Shown piece after piece: positions 62,394 through 64,000 of a stretch of 64,000 nucleotides of DNA (the first letter of the stretch is position 1; the number at the start of each line of letters is the position of its first letter). This DNA is from Candidatus Omnitrophota bacterium. Lineage in GTDB: Bacteria; Omnitrophota; Gorgyraeia; DTHP01. Made by a program: the position numbers and the translations under genes. The notes beneath the pieces were generated by a model. That model had not been told where the DNA came from and did no database searches. It saw nothing but the letters and a program-made list of their open reading frames with translations. The stretch lies in NCBI GenBank assembly GCA_023819145.1, contig JAMWCW010000001.1:2400-66399 (forward strand), written 5' to 3'.

Positions 62394-62578
62394 GAATAGA
62401 GGAATAAATACTATTGATTGGTTAATTAACAAAGAAAGAGTAGTATTTCTACCTCGTAGGTGGACACGATGGTCACTTGCGAAGTGGCGAGGTTTATCTT
62501 CCCCGAAGATTCAAAACAACTTTCTTTATAAAAACCAAGTTTATGGTATAATAAAAAATTAAAAATAAAAAATAAAAA

Positions 62579-64000
62579 ATGAGACGGTTTTACTTAACTT
62601 TTATTTTTTTAATCAGTGTTCTATTTAATTTTAATTCTTTAGCTCTTTCTGCAATTTCTCCTTCCGAGGAAGTAAGAGAGATTTCTTTTCAGAAAAATCT
62701 CTCTTTTCTTTTCTCAGAGTTTAGCAAGTCTCTGGGCAAAGAAATAGAATCTCTCTATTTTGAAAGTCAGTTAGGTTCACTTCCTAACAGCGTTATTTAT
62801 GAGCCGTATATTAAGCATATACTTGAAGTTTTTAGAAAGAAAGGGATATTCTTACATGCTTTTAAAATTACTCCAGAAGAAGAAAATATCTCGGTTCTTA
62901 AAAAAAATGGTTCGCCGTTTATTGCCTATTTAAAAGATAAGGGATATGTTTTAGTAAGAGAGATTTCTGCTGAAGGAATTGTTTTATGGATTGAGGGTGA
63001 AAAGCTGCTTATTCCTGAGAAGGAATTCTTAGAATCTTGGTCAGGTTATATTTTATCTTTACCTTTAGTAAATATAATGGCCGAAAGGGTAAGGGATGAG
63101 CGGGTTAGAGGTGGTCGGTTTATTATTGCCTATGCATACCATAAGGAAAACTTTGAGAAATTAAGGCCAATTTTAGATAAGTTGCGCCAAGAGGCAGATT
63201 TTTCCGGCAAGAAACTTATCTACATTGATGAATTGGGGCTTATTCCCAAAGAGTCAATAAGAAAGACCCAAAAGACTTATAAAATAGAAGAGAAAGAAGC
63301 ATTTGAACGTGCAAGCAAAGCTTTGGCCGAAGAAGTAGAGCGTTTTTCTCGGGGGGTTTCTACCTATGACGAAAATCCTTTCTATCAGGCACAATATTCA
63401 TATTTAGCAAAGTATAAAATTATCTCCTATATGGAAGAACTTGATTATGCTAATTGGCGCCATATTGTGCGTTTTGACGAGTTAAATATCCATAATAAGG
63501 CAATAAATGCCTTTTGTCGGGGAGACCCTAGAGGGTATGTTAAGAAACTTAAAGAATACAATCAGGGTTTTTGGCTCTATAATGTTAAGGAGCGTGATGA
63601 AAATTTCCGCCGGCAAATTAAAAGAATTGCTCAGGGAAACCCTCAAAGTATTATCTTTACCTTGAGGGGAATAGGTCATTACGGCCTGGAAGAAAAACTT
63701 GATTTAGAGGATTTTACCATTGAGACTTATGTAATTAGTGAACGGGGTTTTGAAGAAAGTTTTATTTCTGACCAATTGTGCCAAGTTCTTGATAACAATG
63801 GGGTAGAAATTTCTCCTGAGGAAGAAAGAATCTTAATTTTAAGGAGTTTTCCTGAAGAAGCCTTGCGCACCTATTTAAATAAAGAGGTGGAAGATTTGAC
63901 TGTTACTACTTCTCTTGCCAAAAAAATCGTAGGGAGATTAAAGGAAAAGGAGATTAAGATTCTCTCCCGCGATATCTCTTATGCTTTTGCCAAAGAAAAG
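62579..64000 (+). CDS. secreted protein, paralog B (3'-truncated by window end)
   Basis: ATG at 62579; I translated the frame as open to the window end (>=474 codons). Signal peptide 'FYLTFIFLISVLFNFNSLALSA'. Motifs 'LIYIDELGLIP', 'EKEAFERA', 'ANWRHIV', 'GFWLYNVKERDENF', 'RGIGHYGLEE' parallel paralog A. Not in the ORF track because no stop falls within the window. Confidence 0.5.
   Translation, partial: MRRFYLTFIFLISVLFNFNSLALSAISPSEEVREISFQKNLSFLFSEFSKSLGKEIESLYFESQLGSLPNSVIYEPYIKHILEVFRKKGIFLHAFKITPEEENISVLKKNGSPFIAYLKDKGYVLVREISAEGIVLWIEGEKLLIPEKEFLESWSGYILSLPLVNIMAERVRDERVRGGRFIIAYAYHKENFEKLRPILDKLRQEADFSGKKLIYIDELGLIPKESIRKTQKTYKIEEKEAFERASKALAEEVERFSRGVSTYDENPFYQAQYSYLAKYKIISYMEELDYANWRHIVRFDELNIHNKAINAFCRGDPRGYVKKLKEYNQGFWLYNVKERDENFRRQIKRIAQGNPQSIIFTLRGIGHYGLEEKLDLEDFTIETYVISERGFEESFISDQLCQVLDNNGVEISPEEERILILRSFPEEALRTYLNKEVEDLTVTTSLAKKIVGRLKEKEIKILSRDISYAFAKEK

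Noticed and set aside
62443-62455. 13-mer 'acctcgtaggtgg' shared between the palindromic element at 50459 and the intergenic region at 62443
   Set aside because: In 64 kb, tens of identical 13-mer pairs are expected by chance (about N^2/2 divided by 4^13). The second site does not form the same palindrome. It is only mentioned as a hint in the palindrome finding.

Overview
Low-GC (~38-40%) bacterial chromosomal segment, densely coding and almost entirely on the + strand. Apparent diderm hallmarks: a ydbH/ynbE/ydbL-like operon and lipoproteins. The YdbL, YnbE, YvcK and GH94 assignments below come from my recall of reference protein sequences, not a search; all need HMM or BLAST confirmation. 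Content by region:
(i) 1-4.2 kb: an MBL-fold hydrolase, an interrupted truD, a YdbH-like gene plus a YnbE-YdbL fusion lipoprotein, tRNA-Leu and a small hydrophobic peptide gene.
(ii) 4.2-8.0 kb, minus strand: a FIST sensor, histidine kinase and response-regulator/GGDEF-like (GGDDF) signalling operon; then tRNA-Glu.
(iii) 8.2-20.4 kb: a cytoplasmic GH94-type glycoside phosphorylase followed by signal-peptide proteins that repeatedly carry a divergent beta-sandwich (CBM/CIA30-like) module and (alpha/alpha)6 glycoside-hydrolase-like domains. One paralog is broken by a frameshift in a T7 homopolymer.
(iv) 20.5-43.8 kb: a run of very large secreted or membrane proteins (3777, 743, 603, 1411 and ~1074 aa) of unknown function. 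Two of them share a near-identical ~400-bp domain cassette.
(v) 43.8-52.9 kb: five consecutive sugar-phosphate or nucleotide enzymes (YvcK/CofD-like, ASKHA sugar kinase, glucose-6-phosphate isomerase, NagB-like, PRPP-synthetase-like), each with an N-terminal signal-peptide-like or TM extension.
(vi) 52.9-55.0 kb: a small accessory island with a nucleotidyltransferase-fold gene, an MNT/HEPN toxin-antitoxin pair and degenerate heptamer tandem arrays.
(vii) 55.2-64.0 kb: a small secreted protein, a 1742-aa protein and two tandem paralogous secreted proteins, the last truncated by the window end.
No rRNA, CRISPR array, transposase or integrase was recognised. Single-nucleotide coordinates for features I located by hand (promoters, hairpins, repeats, small ORFs) may be off by +/-1-2 nt.
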